From NCBI GenBank assembly GCA_963707985.1, contig CAVPRW010000024.1:1-64000 (forward strand): a DNA stretch of 64,000 nt, in the 5' to 3' direction. Position numbers and translations under genes: made by a program. The notes below the pieces were generated by a model, which saw nothing but the letters and a program-made list of their open reading frames with translations, searched no databases and was not told the DNA's origin. The stretch is from an uncultured Nitrospinota bacterium. GTDB taxonomy: Bacteria; Tectomicrobia; Entotheonellia; J063; CAVPRW01. Shown here piece after piece: positions 62,672 to 64,000 of this stretch. Each line of letters opens with the position of its first letter. Positions within the stretch are counted from its first letter, which is position 1.

Positions 62672-63631
62672 TTATGGAGACGGCACGTCATAAGTTGATG
62701 TGATGTGTGGTGTAATGTCTGTGACGGTTGCAAGCTCAACACGATTTCGACCCCCGGACTTCGCACGGTACAGCGCGCTATCTGCTGCCTGGATCAGGAC
62801 GGTCGGCTCCAGAATAGCGATTGTGTCACTGGCGGCAACCCCGAGGCTACACATGATATCGATCGTGCCTCCGGGGATCTTGACCGGTTCCTGACTCATG
62901 CTGACGCGGAGCCGATCGGCGAGTTTGAAGGCATCTTGAGAGGTGCAGCCGGGCAGAACCATGAGAAACTCTTCCCCGCCGTAGCGGCCGATGGCGTCAT
63001 AAGCGCGCAACAGGTCACGCATCCGACGGGCGGACTCACATAGCGCTATGTCACCAACCATATGCCCATAGGTATCGTTGATGCGCTTGAAATGATCGAG
63101 GTCGGCTATTGCGACCGCCACGGGAAGCTCTTCGCGTCTTGATCGCGCCAGCTCATTTTCGAGCACTTCGAGGATAGCGCGTCGATTCCACATCCCCGTC
63201 AACGGATCATGCATAGCCTGAACGCGGAGCGCTTCGCGAGCTTCAATCAGCTCAGCCTGCAGTGTCACGATGCGCTTCCCAGTGCGCAAGCGCACTTGTA
63301 GTTCGTGTGGATCGAATGGCTTAGTTAAGTAGTCGTCAGCTCCGGCGTCTAATCCCTCGATAATGTTTTCTTTACGTCCTTTTGTGGTCAGTAAAAGCAG
63401 ATAAATGTATGGTTCCTGCCCACGTTGCCGTACTTTTCGGCAGACCTCCAAGCCATCCATCCCGGGCATCATCCAATCTAAAATGGCGATCGGGGCGGCG
63501 TCGGTCCTCTGCAACAGTTCCCAGGCTTCGACGCCATCACGCGTGACAGCCACCTCGTAGCCCCACCGGGTTAACATGGCTTCGAGGAGACGGCAAGAGA
63601 CGACATCGTCCTCAGCGATCAACACTTTCAC
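62672..63631 (-). CDS. Response regulator diguanylate cyclase (REC-GGDEF)
   Basis: REC domain, DPLTG, DLDHFK.IND, RAYD I-site, GGEEF. Confidence 0.93.
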   Translation of the reverse strand: MKVLIAEDDVVSCRLLEAMLTRWGYEVAVTRDGVEAWELLQRTDAAPIAILDWMMPGMDGLEVCRKVRQRGQEPYIYLLLLTTKGRKENIIEGLDAGADDYLTKPFDPHELQVRLRTGKRIVTLQAELIEAREALRVQAMHDPLTGMWNRRAILEVLENELARSRREELPVAVAIADLDHFKRINDTYGHMVGDIALCESARRMRDLLRAYDAIGRYGGEEFLMVLPGCTSQDAFKLADRLRVSMSQEPVKIPGGTIDIMCSLGVAASDTIAILEPTVLIQAADSALYRAKSGGRNRVELATVTDITPHITSTYDVPSP

Positions 63632-64000
63632 GGTACAACCTCCTTGGCCAGGGCACGCACCTTGAGGGTCAAACGTCCCTACTCGGCTTCGAGGGTTGTG
63701 CAAGTCGGGGCAATCCACTCAGCATCGCGGATCTAGGCTTACCCACGTGTTTCGATTCGAGGGCGGTCGAAGAATAAGACAACCTGAATGAGTACCTGCT
63801 GGCGCTTAAGCAGAAGAACAGCTTCCTCTCGAATAAACTCTGCGTATGGAGAACAGGATCATTGCTGGACGAGTGTTAACTCTTGCGACTCGGCTGATAT
63901 CCTGTCGGACAGTGGTTTTCCTGTATCAAGCCTGGCCATGACGTGGCGCATTGCGCAGTCATCCCCTAGGCTCTCCCAAGCATGAATTATGGCTCCCCAT

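Noticed and set aside
1..64000. CRISPR array, rRNA or tRNA genes
   Set aside because: No regularly spaced repeats or recognisable structural RNA gene seen on either strand by eye.

Overview
GC-rich diderm bacterial chromosome segment; gene and IS style loosely recalls Candidatus Tectomicrobia, but this is unverified. It has three zones. (1) 1-31.5 kb: a minus-strand surface-polysaccharide locus starting at a TTGACA-N18-TATAGT promoter, a 14-bp leader hairpin and a NusG-paralog (UpxY/RfaH/LoaP-like) antiterminator. It encodes an SDR sugar epimerase, SAM methyltransferase, Wzx, an AT-rich Wzy-like protein, GT4 glycosyltransferases and two AsnB-like amidotransferases (one frameshifted). It also holds three copies (one a pseudogene) of an uncharacterised exported protein with a DxE motif, a candidate new glycoside-hydrolase-like family. 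The gaps are packed with intact and decayed toxin-antitoxin modules (three DUF433/DUF5615, PIN, DUF4258-like/DUF2283, HEPN, fused MNT-HEPN), Uma2, IS701/IS66/IS110/ISKra4-like debris and two MITE types. (2) 31.9-40.9 kb: housekeeping genes (PaoABC/XDH-like molybdoenzyme, dienelactone hydrolase, bamD-sigma70-lytic transglycosylase-pgsA-plsY). (3) 41-60.5 kb: an iron-acquisition island (DtxR-family regulator, PiuB/PiuA/PiuC-like genes behind a ~775-nt structured leader, ferritin-like protein, TonB-ExbD-ExbB, cytochrome c-FTR1, DUF151, HemP, FbpABC). An aminotransferase, a response regulator and a diguanylate cyclase follow. No rRNA, tRNA or CRISPR array was seen. Family calls come from motif recognition, not database searches.
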